Assembly (NCBI GenBank): GCA_934778125.1
Contig: CAKVOF010000002.1
Span: 1 to 60,703, forward strand
DNA from: an uncultured Clostridia bacterium
GTDB lineage: Bacteria; Bacillota; Clostridia; Christensenellales; UBA1242
Length of the DNA stretch: 60,703 bases
Direction of reading: 5' to 3'
In this document: in pieces, positions 21,828 to 32,098 of the stretch
Layout of the letters: each line of letters opens with the position of its first letter
Position numbering within the stretch: position 1 is the stretch's first letter
Translations under genes and position numbers: made by a program
The notes under the pieces: generated by a model
Database searches by the model: none
What the model saw: only the letters and a program-made list of their open reading frames with translations
What the model was told of the DNA's origin: nothing

Positions 21828-24197
21828 TTATCCTTTTTTCTCAACATATGCTCTAATATTTGAAACATTTACTATTTTCTCAACCATATTTCCATTAACA
21901 ACAATTAATGTTGGTGCTTGCTTAATATCAAATTTAGCACATAGTTCTTTGTTTTCATTCGCTATAATCGTTTGATATTTTATTCCTGCTTTGTCTAAGA
22001 ACGTTTTTGCCATTTTGCAATTTGGACATGTTTTTGTTGTGAAAAGCATTACCGCATCTTCGCATTCGCAACTATCACACTCACACTCTTTATGTTCTTC
22101 AACCTTCTTATCTTTATGAATGATTGAAGAGCCAATATCATAAGTTTTTCTTGCCTTAAATTCTTGTGCTTTACCATCGTTCCAATTTTGAACTGGTCTA
22201 TAATAACCTGTGATTCTGCTATTTACCTCAGTTGCTTCACCACATTCTGGGCAAATTGGTTGATTTCCAACCAAGTATCCGTGATTCTTACAAATTGAAT
22301 ATGTTGGACTTAAAGTATAGTATGGAAGTTGATAGTTTTCAGCAATTTTCCTTACTAAACTAGCTGCCGCCTTCCAATCTGGAAGTCTTTCACCTAAGAA
22401 TGTGTGGAAAACAGTTCCAGATGTGTAAAGTGTTTGAAGTTCATCTTGAATATCTAATGCCTTAAACACATCTTCTGTGAACCCAACTGGTAAGTGAGAA
22501 CTATTTGTGTAGTAAGGTGTTTCACCTTCGCCAGCAGCGGTTATAATATCTGGATATTTTTCTTTATCGTGTTTTGCAAATCTATATGTTGTACTTTCAG
22601 CTGGTGTGGCCTCCAAGTTATATAAATCACCATATGCTTCTTGATAATCAGATAGTCTTTCTCTCATATGATTTAAAACTTCTTTAGCAAAAGCTTGAGT
22701 TTCTTCGTGAGTTAAATCAGCTCTTAACCATTTAGCATTTAAACCTACTTCGTTCATTCCAATTAAACCTATTGTTGAGAAGTGATTAGAGAATGTTCCA
22801 AGATATCTTTTTGTGTATGGATATAATCCTGCTTCAAGTAAATTTGTTATAACCGTTCTTTTGATTTTTAATGACCTTGCTGAAATATCCATTAATTTAT
22901 CTAAACGCTTAAAGAAATCCTCTTTATTTTCTGATAGATAAGCAATTTTTGGTAGGTTAATTGTTACAACACCCACTGAGCCCGTTGACTCACCACTTCC
23001 AAAGAAGCCTCCTGACTTCTTTCTTAATTCTCTTAGGTCTAATCTTAGCCTGCAACACATACTTCTAATATCACTTGGTTCCATATCTGAGTTAATATAA
23101 TTTGAAAAATATGGAGTTCCATATTTAGCAGTCATTTCAAATAACATTTTATTGTTTTCAGTTTCAGACCAATCAAAATTCTTGGTGATTGAATATGTTG
23201 GAATTGGGTATTGAAACCCTCTTCCATTAGCATCGCCCTCAATCATAATTTCAATAAAGGCTTTATTAATCATATCCATTTCTTTTTTGCAATCTTTATA
23301 CTTAAAGTCCATTTCTTTTCCGCCAACGATTGCGTTTAATTCAGCCAAGTCGTTTGGAACAACCCAATCTAAAGTAATATTGCTGAATGGAGCTTGGGTT
23401 CCCCATCTTGAAGGAGTGTTGACACCAAAAATGAATGATTGCAAACATTGTTTAACTTGTTTGTATGTTAAGTTATCAACTTTAACAAATGGAGCAAGAT
23501 ATGTATCAAAAGATGAGAAAGCTTGAGCTCCAGCCCATTCATTTTGCATAATACCCAAGAAGTTTACCATTTGGTTGCATAGAGTTGATAAGTGAGATGC
23601 TGGAGAAGAACTAATTTTACCTGGAACACCACCTAATCCTTCTTTAATTAGCTGTTTTAAACTCCAACCAGCACAGTAACCAGTTAGCATAGATAAGTCG
23701 TGGATATGAATATCTGCATTTCTATGAGCATTAGCTATTTCTTCATCATACACTTCGCTCAACCAGTAATTTGCTGTTATTGCTCCAGAGTTAGATAGAA
23801 TTAATCCACCAACTGAATATGTTACAGTTGAATTTTCTTTAACTCTCCAGTCGGCAATTTTTAAATAACCATCAACAACATTTTTGTAGTCAATTAAAGT
23901 ATTGTTTATATCTCTAATTTTTTCGTGTTGTTTTCTATATAAAATATACGCTTTAGCAACTTCCGAATAGCCCGCTTCAATTAAAGCCACCTCCACGCTA
24001 TCTTGAATATCTTCAACATTAATAATATTATCCTTTATTTTTTTCTCAAAATCAGCCGTTGCTCGAAGTGCTAACAATTGAATAATATTATCATTGTAAT
24101 TTTTACTTTGAGAATCAAACGCCTTTTTTATTGCTGTTTCAATTTTTTCAATATTAAAATCAGAAACTTCTCCACTTCTTTTTAAAACTTTATACAT
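21828..24197 (-). CDS. nrdD: anaerobic (class III) ribonucleoside-triphosphate reductase with C-terminal Cys-rich linker and glutaredoxin/NrdH-like domain
   Basis: N-terminal ATP-cone (VLKRSGEVSDFNIEKIETAIKKAF), Zn-site cysteines (CKNHGY...CPECG) and the glycyl-radical motif SRITGYYRP. The extra tail is HKECECDSCECEDAVMLFTTKTCPNCKMAKTFL.... Start chosen at 24197, 8 nt after GGAG. Confidence 0.85.
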   Translation of the reverse strand: MYKVLKRSGEVSDFNIEKIETAIKKAFDSQSKNYNDNIIQLLALRATADFEKKIKDNIINVEDIQDSVEVALIEAGYSEVAKAYILYRKQHEKIRDINNTLIDYKNVVDGYLKIADWRVKENSTVTYSVGGLILSNSGAITANYWLSEVYDEEIANAHRNADIHIHDLSMLTGYCAGWSLKQLIKEGLGGVPGKISSSPASHLSTLCNQMVNFLGIMQNEWAGAQAFSSFDTYLAPFVKVDNLTYKQVKQCLQSFIFGVNTPSRWGTQAPFSNITLDWVVPNDLAELNAIVGGKEMDFKYKDCKKEMDMINKAFIEIMIEGDANGRGFQYPIPTYSITKNFDWSETENNKMLFEMTAKYGTPYFSNYINSDMEPSDIRSMCCRLRLDLRELRKKSGGFFGSGESTGSVGVVTINLPKIAYLSENKEDFFKRLDKLMDISARSLKIKRTVITNLLEAGLYPYTKRYLGTFSNHFSTIGLIGMNEVGLNAKWLRADLTHEETQAFAKEVLNHMRERLSDYQEAYGDLYNLEATPAESTTYRFAKHDKEKYPDIITAAGEGETPYYTNSSHLPVGFTEDVFKALDIQDELQTLYTSGTVFHTFLGERLPDWKAAASLVRKIAENYQLPYYTLSPTYSICKNHGYLVGNQPICPECGEATEVNSRITGYYRPVQNWNDGKAQEFKARKTYDIGSSIIHKDKKVEEHKECECDSCECEDAVMLFTTKTCPNCKMAKTFLDKAGIKYQTIIANENKELCAKFDIKQAPTLIVVNGNMVEKIVNVSNIRAYVEKKG

Positions 24198-24213
24198 AAT
24201 CATTTCTCCTTTT

Positions 24214-24900
24214 TTAATCCACACCACGCACGTTAGTGTTTTGAACATACTTTTTTGCAACATCTTGGAATTTCAACATTTCTTCTTTTTTGAAGCCATG
24301 TAATCCACTTTGCATAATATTTCCTGAATCTTCAAAGTTTTGCAAGTAATATGCTTCTGCACCTTTGATTCTTTTGGCAATTTTTTCTATATCAGATAAG
24401 GTATGATATTCCGAAACTAGTGTTGTTCTAAATTCATAATCAATTCCACTATTCATAATTAAATCAATACTATCTTCAATATGCCCTATATTAACGATTG
24501 TTCCTGTTATTTCGGAATATTTCTCTTTGGAATTTTTTATGTCCATAGCAATATAATCAAGCAAATTTTTATCGAGCAAGTTTTTCAAGACTTGCGGTGC
24601 ATATCCGTTTGTATCGAGTTTAACTTTAAGCCCTAAACATCTTATTTTAGTTATAAATTCTTCTAAATCCTTATGAATAGTTGGTTCTCCACCTGAGATG
24701 CAAACTCCATCAAGCATTTTTTTCCTTTCTTCAAGATAATTTAAGACATCATCTTCAGACAAGTTCTCATATTCATCTTTAGCAATAGATGAATTATGGC
24801 AAAATGGACATCTAAAATTACAATCAGACAAAAATATCGTTGCACAAACTAAACCAGGATAATTTAGAAGAGAGACTTTCAATAGCCCACTAATTTTCAT
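24214..24900 (-). CDS. nrdG: anaerobic ribonucleotide reductase activating protein (radical SAM)
   Basis: CNFRCPFCHN is the CxxxCxxC radical-SAM cluster motif. GGEPT is present. Immediately upstream of nrdD. Confidence 0.85.
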   Translation of the reverse strand: MKISGLLKVSLLNYPGLVCATIFLSDCNFRCPFCHNSSIAKDEYENLSEDDVLNYLEERKKMLDGVCISGGEPTIHKDLEEFITKIRCLGLKVKLDTNGYAPQVLKNLLDKNLLDYIAMDIKNSKEKYSEITGTIVNIGHIEDSIDLIMNSGIDYEFRTTLVSEYHTLSDIEKIAKRIKGAEAYYLQNFEDSGNIMQSGLHGFKKEEMLKFQDVAKKYVQNTNVRGVD

Positions 24901-24953
24901 CTTCTATAGCTCCTATCTTTTGAAACTAATATATATGAGTTATTTTGCATAAT

Positions 24954-25001
24954 AATCAATATATAGTATTACTCAATGCAATAAAAAACTAAATATAGTT
25001 A
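24954..25001. promoter_or_regulatory. two candidate NrdR boxes upstream of nrdG-nrdD
   Basis: CAATATATAG (24957-24966) and CTAAATATAG (24989-24998) fit the CwAtATaTwG core of the NrdR operator. They are spaced 32 bp centre to centre and lie 55-100 nt upstream of the nrdG start. Confidence 0.45.
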
Positions 25002-25288
25002 TTATCACGTTTGTATGCTATCACTATTTAATGATCATAGTCAAACAAAAGACTATTAATTTTTCGGTTAACTTAACCAAAAAATTAATTCATATTTTTT
25101 TAATTTTAGAAACAAACAAAATTCAAAAGTGACTTTTTGACAAAAAACCACCTATTTAAGTGACAATTATTGATATGTTTATCAAAAAGGCATTAAATTA
25201 TAAAGTTATAACAAATAAATAAAAAATGCATTAGGTTTTATTTCCTAAATGCATTTAAATTTTAATATTCTTATTTGTTTTTAGAATT

Positions 25289-28015
25289 TTATTCAGTTCT
25301 TAAAGCCACAACTGGATCTTTTTTAGAGGCAATTCTTGCTGGAATTAAACCTGCTATAAATGTTAATCCCATACTAATAGCAACTAAAATTACCGCGCCT
25401 AAAACTGGAAGTTGCGCAACTGATGCTATGCCTGCTAAGGCGTTAACAATTATATTAATTGGAATACAAAGTATTAAAGTTAAAAGTATTCCAAACACCC
25501 CTGCTGTGAATCCTATAATTAAACTTTCAGCAGTAAACACTCTTTTAACATCTCTTTTGCTTGCACCAATTGAACGCAAAACTCCAATTTCTTTTGTTCT
25601 TTCAATAACCGAAATATAGGTTATGATTCCAATCATTATACTTGAAACAACCAATGATATTGAAACAAACGCTATTAACACATAACTTATTGAATTAATT
25701 ATTGTTGTGATAGAACTCATTAGAACATCTATTGTGTTGTTATAAGTGATAGCTTTAGACTCATCTTCCCTAGAGTTATTATAAGTGTCTATAAAATTAT
25801 TTATCACTTTTTTATCATCAAAGGTTGCAACATATATTGCTATAGAACTTGGATTAGATTTATCTATAATTTTAATCTTCCCATCGCGAACAGCTTGTGA
25901 TGAATTATATTCTGAGATCAATAAATCTGTTAGTTTTTTAGAGTATGCTAATCCTGATTTTAAGCATGCATTTGTTACATTTTTCTTAGGCCTAATGATG
26001 CCACTTATCTTTATCTCTTTTGAATGAGAATTAATAAAATTAACCAATTCTTCACTGGAGTAAACTTGCTTTAATTTTTCAACATAATCTGCTTCACTTA
26101 TGGTCCCTCTATCCACACTTGCGGTTGTTTCATTATAGTAACTAGTTGGCAATATCAATTTATATTTTATTTCACTTGTTGGGTTAACAATATCTTCATA
26201 TTTAACTGAAACACTATTTTCCTGATTTGTTACCGTTTTCTTTATAGAAGTTATCATTTCTTCATATGATAACATCCCAAGCGAATACAAAACATAATCA
26301 TCAATTTCGTTATTAGAATCAAGAACTAATAATACATCCTCTTCATTTTGAACCCAATTACCCGCAACAATATCATACTGAGATTTGATTAATTCTTCAT
26401 TATCAATCATCTCATATACTGCACCAAGGTCATATTCATAAAACATTCTTATTGAATACGAACTCATAGCACCCATACTTGAAGATGACTTTTTAAATAT
26501 AATATTGTCAATAATATCTATTAGTTCACCATTAGTGATAGTAAGTTTATCTCCATCAGCAATAAACTTATTCATACTTTCTTCATTAATATACGTTTTG
26601 ATAAAACCATATGTTTTAGTTTTTTCTTCAGTTGTTGTTCCCCTACCTTGGATCTCATAGTTTTCACCAATTTGAACAATTTTAACATTTGCAAGGTTTT
26701 CAAAATAGATTGTTGAATATGCTAGAATCACGTTGAATAACGCTTTACTTTTAGGCAATATTTTTTCATTGCGCTTATTATATAACTCTAAATTCAAATT
26801 ATATGTGTATTGAATAGCATTAACATTGTTTTCAATCTCATTATAATGCTCTTGAAGATAACTATAAAAACTTTTTATGTCGTTTGGCTTTGCAGCATCT
26901 GCCACCGTGCTGAAAAGTGATGTTATTGCCTCAGATGCATAAACTTCATCATTGGTATGGTTAGCCTTTTTTTCGTTTGATGAAAACATGCTAGATAGCA
27001 TTGTCATTGGATTAAATGTTGATTCTTCAATTGTTATTGGATATGAAGATAAACTATCTTCTTGAATCTTATTTATATATGTTTGAAATCCACTAGAAAC
27101 TGAAAGAATCAATGCAATTCCAATAATACCAATACTCCCAGCAAATGAAACTAAGAATGTGCGTGCCTTTTTTGTTAGAAGATTTTTAAAACTTAATGCT
27201 AAAGCCGTGAAGAAGCTCATTCGCTTCTTTTTACCTTTCTTAATTAAATCCTTTTTACTTAAGTCTTTATCATTTGCCACACTTAAAACAACATCATCTT
27301 TAATTTCGTTTTTACTAGAGTCATATGGATTTGAATCATCAATTATGCTACCATCTAGAAGTTTTATGATCCTAGATGAGTATTTATCTGCTAATTCTGG
27401 ATTATGGGTAACCATAATAATTAATTTATCCTTTGAAATCTCTTTCAATAGTTCCATAATTTGAACACTAGTTTTACTATCTAAAGCCCCAGTTGGTTCA
27501 TCGGCTAGAATTATTTCTGGATTATTTACCAAAGCTCTTGCAATTGCTACCCTTTGCATTTGACCGCCAGACAATTGATTTGGTTTTGTGTTTATTCTAT
27601 CTTTTAGCCCAACCTTCTCTAAAACCTTTATAGCTCTTTTCTTTCGTTCTTCCTTTGAAACACCAGAAAGTGTTAGTGCCAATTCAACATTTTGCAAAAT
27701 AGTTTGATGAGGAATTAAGTTATAACTTTGAAAAACAAATCCTATCGAATGATTCCTATAAGTATCCCAATCTGAATCTTTATATTTTTTTGTTGATTTA
27801 TTATTAATAATTAAATCACCAGAAGTATATTTATCTAAGCCACCAATTATGTTTAACATAGTAGTTTTTCCGCAACCACTAGGACCTAAGATAGAAACAA
27901 ATTCATTTTTTCTAAATTCTAAATTTATTTGTTTCAATGCATGCACAATTTGATAGCTTTTATCTTTTTTCTTGCCAATTTCATAATTTTTAGAAATATT
28001 TTTTAAAACTAGCAT
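25289..28015 (-). CDS. fused ABC transporter: ATP-binding domain plus MacB/FtsX-type permease
   Basis: Walker A GPSGCGKTT, signature LSGGQMQRVAIARAL and Walker B ILADEPTGALD. These are followed by a TM, a large extracytoplasmic region and a C-terminal FtsX-like 3-TM bundle. Confidence 0.8.
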   Translation of the reverse strand: MLVLKNISKNYEIGKKKDKSYQIVHALKQINLEFRKNEFVSILGPSGCGKTTMLNIIGGLDKYTSGDLIINNKSTKKYKDSDWDTYRNHSIGFVFQSYNLIPHQTILQNVELALTLSGVSKEERKKRAIKVLEKVGLKDRINTKPNQLSGGQMQRVAIARALVNNPEIILADEPTGALDSKTSVQIMELLKEISKDKLIIMVTHNPELADKYSSRIIKLLDGSIIDDSNPYDSSKNEIKDDVVLSVANDKDLSKKDLIKKGKKKRMSFFTALALSFKNLLTKKARTFLVSFAGSIGIIGIALILSVSSGFQTYINKIQEDSLSSYPITIEESTFNPMTMLSSMFSSNEKKANHTNDEVYASEAITSLFSTVADAAKPNDIKSFYSYLQEHYNEIENNVNAIQYTYNLNLELYNKRNEKILPKSKALFNVILAYSTIYFENLANVKIVQIGENYEIQGRGTTTEEKTKTYGFIKTYINEESMNKFIADGDKLTITNGELIDIIDNIIFKKSSSSMGAMSSYSIRMFYEYDLGAVYEMIDNEELIKSQYDIVAGNWVQNEEDVLLVLDSNNEIDDYVLYSLGMLSYEEMITSIKKTVTNQENSVSVKYEDIVNPTSEIKYKLILPTSYYNETTASVDRGTISEADYVEKLKQVYSSEELVNFINSHSKEIKISGIIRPKKNVTNACLKSGLAYSKKLTDLLISEYNSSQAVRDGKIKIIDKSNPSSIAIYVATFDDKKVINNFIDTYNNSREDESKAITYNNTIDVLMSSITTIINSISYVLIAFVSISLVVSSIMIGIITYISVIERTKEIGVLRSIGASKRDVKRVFTAESLIIGFTAGVFGILLTLILCIPINIIVNALAGIASVAQLPVLGAVILVAISMGLTFIAGLIPARIASKKDPVVALRTE

Positions 28016-28055
28016 ATTTTCTCCTTTTCACAATATTTTTCTTTGTAATAAAAAA

Positions 28056-28098
28056 TATCATAACAATGTATTATGATAATTTTTATAAAAATTGTCAA
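28056..28098 (-). promoter_or_regulatory. promoter with overlapping palindromic operator upstream of the ABC transporter gene
   Basis: Minus strand reads TTGACA (28093-28098), a 17-nt spacer, then CATAAT (28070-28075). An 8-bp inverted repeat TATCATAA / TTATGATA (28056-28063 / 28071-28078) overlaps the -10 region. Confidence 0.45.
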
Positions 28099-28115
28099 GC
28101 AAAGTTTTTTTTAAT

Positions 28116-29234
28116 TTATAATTTGATAAAGTTGTTTTCTTGAAAAAATTTGAGATTATTTAAATAGCTTTTATCGTTAGGTTTATACTTTCCTGCTAGG
28201 TTGTTATATTTTATCGAGTTTTCAATATCACCTAAATTATAATAGCAAACACATAGTTCAATGCAAGGCAAATAATTATATGCATCTAGCATACAAAACG
28301 CCCCTGATTTTTGATTTATTGGAATACTTAGAGCTTGCTTATACCAATATATTGCAAGTTTATATTGTTTTCTAAGCTGAAAAACATACCCTATTTGGCA
28401 CACAATTTCAGCCCTTGGATTATCTGATAAAAAACTTTTAAATAATGCAACCAAGGCGTTGTTTAAATCTTTTTTTATAATATAGCAATAGCTTAAATCT
28501 AAACAGGCATTTATGCTATTTTCAACCCAACCTTCATTAGAATTTATAAATTCATTAAAAGATTTGATTGCTTCATCATATTTTTCATTATAGTATAATT
28601 CTCTAGAATAATAAAACTTTTGCCTTGGCGTTAGAGTTTTTCCACTAGAAATAATCTTTTCATATATCCTTAGGTTTCTATCACTAACTCCATTCTTTAT
28701 TGAGCGATGTTCAATTTCTATATCACAGTATTTAATATTTCCTCTTGGCGTGATGGCTTCATGAACCTCATCTTTCCATTTAAAATTCATTGTTCTTTTT
28801 AAGATACGTTCTCTATAATACGAAAACGTTGGCTTATTGTTTTCATCAAAAGCTGTGTTATATTTCAACATATACACATCAACATCTTTCGAATTATTTG
28901 ATTTGATTTCAATTAGTTTTTTTCTATTTATATCACTCACAACATCATCTGCATCTAACCACATAATATAATCACTTGTCGCTTTTGAAAAAGAAAAGTT
29001 GCGTGCATATGAAAAATCATCAATCCATTCTATTTCAAACACTTTATTTGTATATTTTTTTGCAATATTTATAGTTGAATCAGTGGAACCTGTGTCCACT
29101 ATTATAATCTCATCAAAAACTCCACCTACTGAATGTAAGCATCTTTCTAGCACCTTTTCTTCATTTTTTACTATCATACACAAACTTAATGTTGCATTTT
29201 GTTTATTTTTATTTATTTTCTTATTTTTAATCAT
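28116..29234 (-). CDS. family 2 glycosyltransferase fused to TPR repeats
   Basis: LSLCMIVKNEEKVLERCLHS...DEIIIVDTGSTDST and WLDADD are GT2 motifs. The C-terminal half is TPR-like (YYNLGDIENSIKYNNLA). Start taken at MIKNKK (29234) rather than the track's 29312. Confidence 0.7.
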   Translation of the reverse strand: MIKNKKINKNKQNATLSLCMIVKNEEKVLERCLHSVGGVFDEIIIVDTGSTDSTINIAKKYTNKVFEIEWIDDFSYARNFSFSKATSDYIMWLDADDVVSDINRKKLIEIKSNNSKDVDVYMLKYNTAFDENNKPTFSYYRERILKRTMNFKWKDEVHEAITPRGNIKYCDIEIEHRSIKNGVSDRNLRIYEKIISSGKTLTPRQKFYYSRELYYNEKYDEAIKSFNEFINSNEGWVENSINACLDLSYCYIIKKDLNNALVALFKSFLSDNPRAEIVCQIGYVFQLRKQYKLAIYWYKQALSIPINQKSGAFCMLDAYNYLPCIELCVCYYNLGDIENSIKYNNLAGKYKPNDKSYLNNLKFFQENNFIKL

Positions 29235-29446
29235 AGTGATATATATGAAAAGATTTAAATAAATGACATTAGTATAATTTTGTTGATTTAAAAAACATAT
29301 AATTAAATTCAAAATAGCAAAATCTATCTTATGAGAAATTTAAACAACTTTTAACTTAATAAGATTTTTTATTGAATATATTTATTTAAATTACATTAAC
29401 AACATAAAAAACCAGTTAATCTTTTTAACTGGTTTATATAACTATT

Positions 29447-31003
29447 TTATTTTATATTTTCCATATCTATAACTTTAGTTGCAACTTCCCGAACAAATTC
29501 CTTACTATGACTAACAAAAATAATTGCGCCAGTATACTCAAGCATCGCTTCTTTTAATCTTTCAATTGCTAAAACATCTAAGTGATTTGTTGGCTCATCT
29601 AAAAATAAAATATTAGATGGGCTAATTGTCAACTCACATAATTTCATTTTACTTTGCTCACCACCACTCAATTTTCTTACTTGATTTCGCAAATGTTCTT
29701 GAGTTAAGCCACACCTAAATAGCGATGCTCTTAATTCTTTCTCACTTAGTTTTGGAAATAAATTTTGAATAAAATTTAATGGCGTGCCTTCATAATCTTT
29801 AAAATTATTCTCTTGTTCATAGTAACCAGTTATTGTGTTTCTAGCATAAGAAAACGAGCCTGAAATTGCCGGAATTTTATTTAATAGTGTTTTTAAAGTT
29901 GTTGACTTACCTATTCCATTAAAACCCACAATAGCAATTCTATCCCCTTTGCACAATTCAAATGAAAGCGGTTTTTTCAATAGTGATTTCCCATTATAGC
30001 CAACTTGTAAGTTATCAACTTTTAGCATTAAGTTTCCAATAAATTCCTTTTCTTTAAAAGAAAACGTTGGTTTTGTTAGTTCCTTAGGCGGAATCACAAT
30101 CTCCATTTTATCAAGTTTTCTTTCTCTACTTCTCGCCATTTTAGCAGTTGAAGCTCGGGCTTTATTTTTTTGAATATAATCTTCAAGTTTTTTAATTTCT
30201 TTTTGCTGATTTTGATAAAGTTTGCCTTGCAACACTGCTTGGCTTTCCTTTATAGCCTTTACTTTTTCAAGATTGCCGAAATATTTAGTTATAACCCCAT
30301 TTTCCACATCGCAAATATGCGTTACAATACTGTTTAAAAATTTCTCATCGTGACTAACAACTATAAATGATTTATCGCTAGATTTTATAAATTTTGATAG
30401 CCATTCAATATGATTTACATCAAGAAAGTTTGTTGGCTCATCTAAAATCATAACATCAGGTTTTGCAAGCAATAACTTTGCAAGCATAACTTTAGACCTT
30501 TGCCCGCCTGAAAGAGTTTTAACATTTGTATCCATTCCAAGAGCTGTTACTCCCAATCCAGCAGACACTTTATCTATATTGCTATCTAGTGAGTAAAAAT
30601 CATTTGAATCCAATATCTCAAAAAAATTGCTACTTTGTTCAAAAAGTTTTTCCAACTTGTTTGGATTCGTTTCAGTTGCCATTTTCTCATTCACTTCGTG
30701 ATATTTTTTCTCAACATCAAAAAGGTAAGAAAAAGCCCCCGCAAGATATTCGCGAATTGTGCAATCCATATTAATTTCTGCGTGTTGGTCTAAATACTCA
30801 ATTTTATATTTGGGATTTTTATAAATCTTCCCTGAATCTAACAGAACATTTCCTGTTAAGATTTTAATAAGAGTACTTTTGCCAGCACCATTTAATCCTG
30901 TTATTCCAATTTTTTCACCAAGATTTAAAACAAAGTTCGCATGCGAATATAAAGGTTTATCACCAAAATCTTGTGAAAAGTCCGTAATTTCTATTATACC
31001 CAT
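29447..31003 (-). CDS. ABC-F family ATPase (two ABC domains, no TM)
   Basis: Two Walker A motifs (GLNGAGKST, GFNGIGKST) and two signatures (LSGGQRSK, LSGGEQSK), with a charged linker between the domains. Confidence 0.8.
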   Translation of the reverse strand: MGIIEITDFSQDFGDKPLYSHANFVLNLGEKIGITGLNGAGKSTLIKILTGNVLLDSGKIYKNPKYKIEYLDQHAEINMDCTIREYLAGAFSYLFDVEKKYHEVNEKMATETNPNKLEKLFEQSSNFFEILDSNDFYSLDSNIDKVSAGLGVTALGMDTNVKTLSGGQRSKVMLAKLLLAKPDVMILDEPTNFLDVNHIEWLSKFIKSSDKSFIVVSHDEKFLNSIVTHICDVENGVITKYFGNLEKVKAIKESQAVLQGKLYQNQQKEIKKLEDYIQKNKARASTAKMARSRERKLDKMEIVIPPKELTKPTFSFKEKEFIGNLMLKVDNLQVGYNGKSLLKKPLSFELCKGDRIAIVGFNGIGKSTTLKTLLNKIPAISGSFSYARNTITGYYEQENNFKDYEGTPLNFIQNLFPKLSEKELRASLFRCGLTQEHLRNQVRKLSGGEQSKMKLCELTISPSNILFLDEPTNHLDVLAIERLKEAMLEYTGAIIFVSHSKEFVREVATKVIDMENIK

Positions 31004-31017
31004 TTTTTATACCGTTA

Positions 31018-32085
31018 TCATTCAATTGTTACATCTATCACTGCGTTATAATATGATTTTAAAATATTAAACTTAAAGTTGACCATAAATTCATAGTCAG
31101 CCCTTTTTGCATTAACAAATCTTGAAATATATGATTCTACATTCGCCCCTGCAAAACCGTTAAGCCTATTCATTTCTAAATTAAACATATCAAAACCATC
31201 ATAAATAGTTTTATAAACTTTAAAGTTTTGGTCATAACTTGATTTATAATATCTTAAATTTTCAATTTTCTCTATATTAACTGGAGTTAGCGAATTGATT
31301 TTTAATAAATCTAAAAGTAAAATATACTTTGAATTATCAAAAGAAGAATCATTTTGCGATGCAACCACGCATTCTAGGTCACAAACACCATTTGTTCCAC
31401 TAACATTGTTAAGAGATTTAAAGTTTTCATAAAAACATAATCTTGAAATATCAAATTTTGCTTCTTCAAAATTTCTAATTAATGCGTTTATATCATTTTG
31501 TTCTTCACCAAAAATTTTCTTTTTATGAATATTAATAAAACTATCCATGAAGCTGATCGATTTTTCAACTAATTTATTATACTCATAAGCAAAGTTGGTG
31601 ATCGTTAAAGTTGGTGGATTCTCCACTCCTAATATAGCCAATTCTTCTTCAAGTTCCCTAACCACAGAATTAAAAGATTTCAACTCGTTAGATAATTGGT
31701 TTAATTTATTATAAATTTCATTAAGTTCATTTTTAGATAATAGTGCTTCACTATTGTAAAAGCTATCTGCATAAGTTTCATAATAACTAAATATGCCTTC
31801 AAATAAAGAGTCGTAGTACTTTAATGCAACATATCGCCTTTCATATGCATTTGTTGGATTTGATTTGTTTATGGAATTTTTTAATGTTGCCAAGTTGTAT
31901 TTAATATTGATAGTGTTTTTATTAAATCTTAAGTTTTCCTCTCCGCTTTGATACTCTTGAATCATTTCAGAATGTTTTTGAATGATATTTTCAAGCGTGT
32001 AGTCAGTTTTGTCACAAGATGTTAAACAAAAACAAACCGAAACAAATATTAAGATGAATACAAAAATTTTAAATATTTTTTTCAT
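31018..32085 (-). CDS. lipoprotein (hypothetical)
   Basis: MKKIFKIFVFILIFVSVCFCLTSC is a signal peptide with a lipobox (LTSC). 355 aa, helical and coiled-coil-rich. Confidence 0.65.
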   Translation of the reverse strand: MKKIFKIFVFILIFVSVCFCLTSCDKTDYTLENIIQKHSEMIQEYQSGEENLRFNKNTINIKYNLATLKNSINKSNPTNAYERRYVALKYYDSLFEGIFSYYETYADSFYNSEALLSKNELNEIYNKLNQLSNELKSFNSVVRELEEELAILGVENPPTLTITNFAYEYNKLVEKSISFMDSFINIHKKKIFGEEQNDINALIRNFEEAKFDISRLCFYENFKSLNNVSGTNGVCDLECVVASQNDSSFDNSKYILLLDLLKINSLTPVNIEKIENLRYYKSSYDQNFKVYKTIYDGFDMFNLEMNRLNGFAGANVESYISRFVNAKRADYEFMVNFKFNILKSYYNAVIDVTIE

Positions 32086-32098
32086 ATAAAATCCTTTA

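Noticed and set aside
25275-25619. 114-aa plus-strand ORF, and the many similar 60-110-aa antisense ORFs inside long genes (for example 397..675, 3351..3588, 34889..35218, 58261..58530)
   Set aside because: These are shadow ORFs lying entirely within well-supported genes on the other strand. They have no SD and are compositionally biased (mirror-image low complexity).
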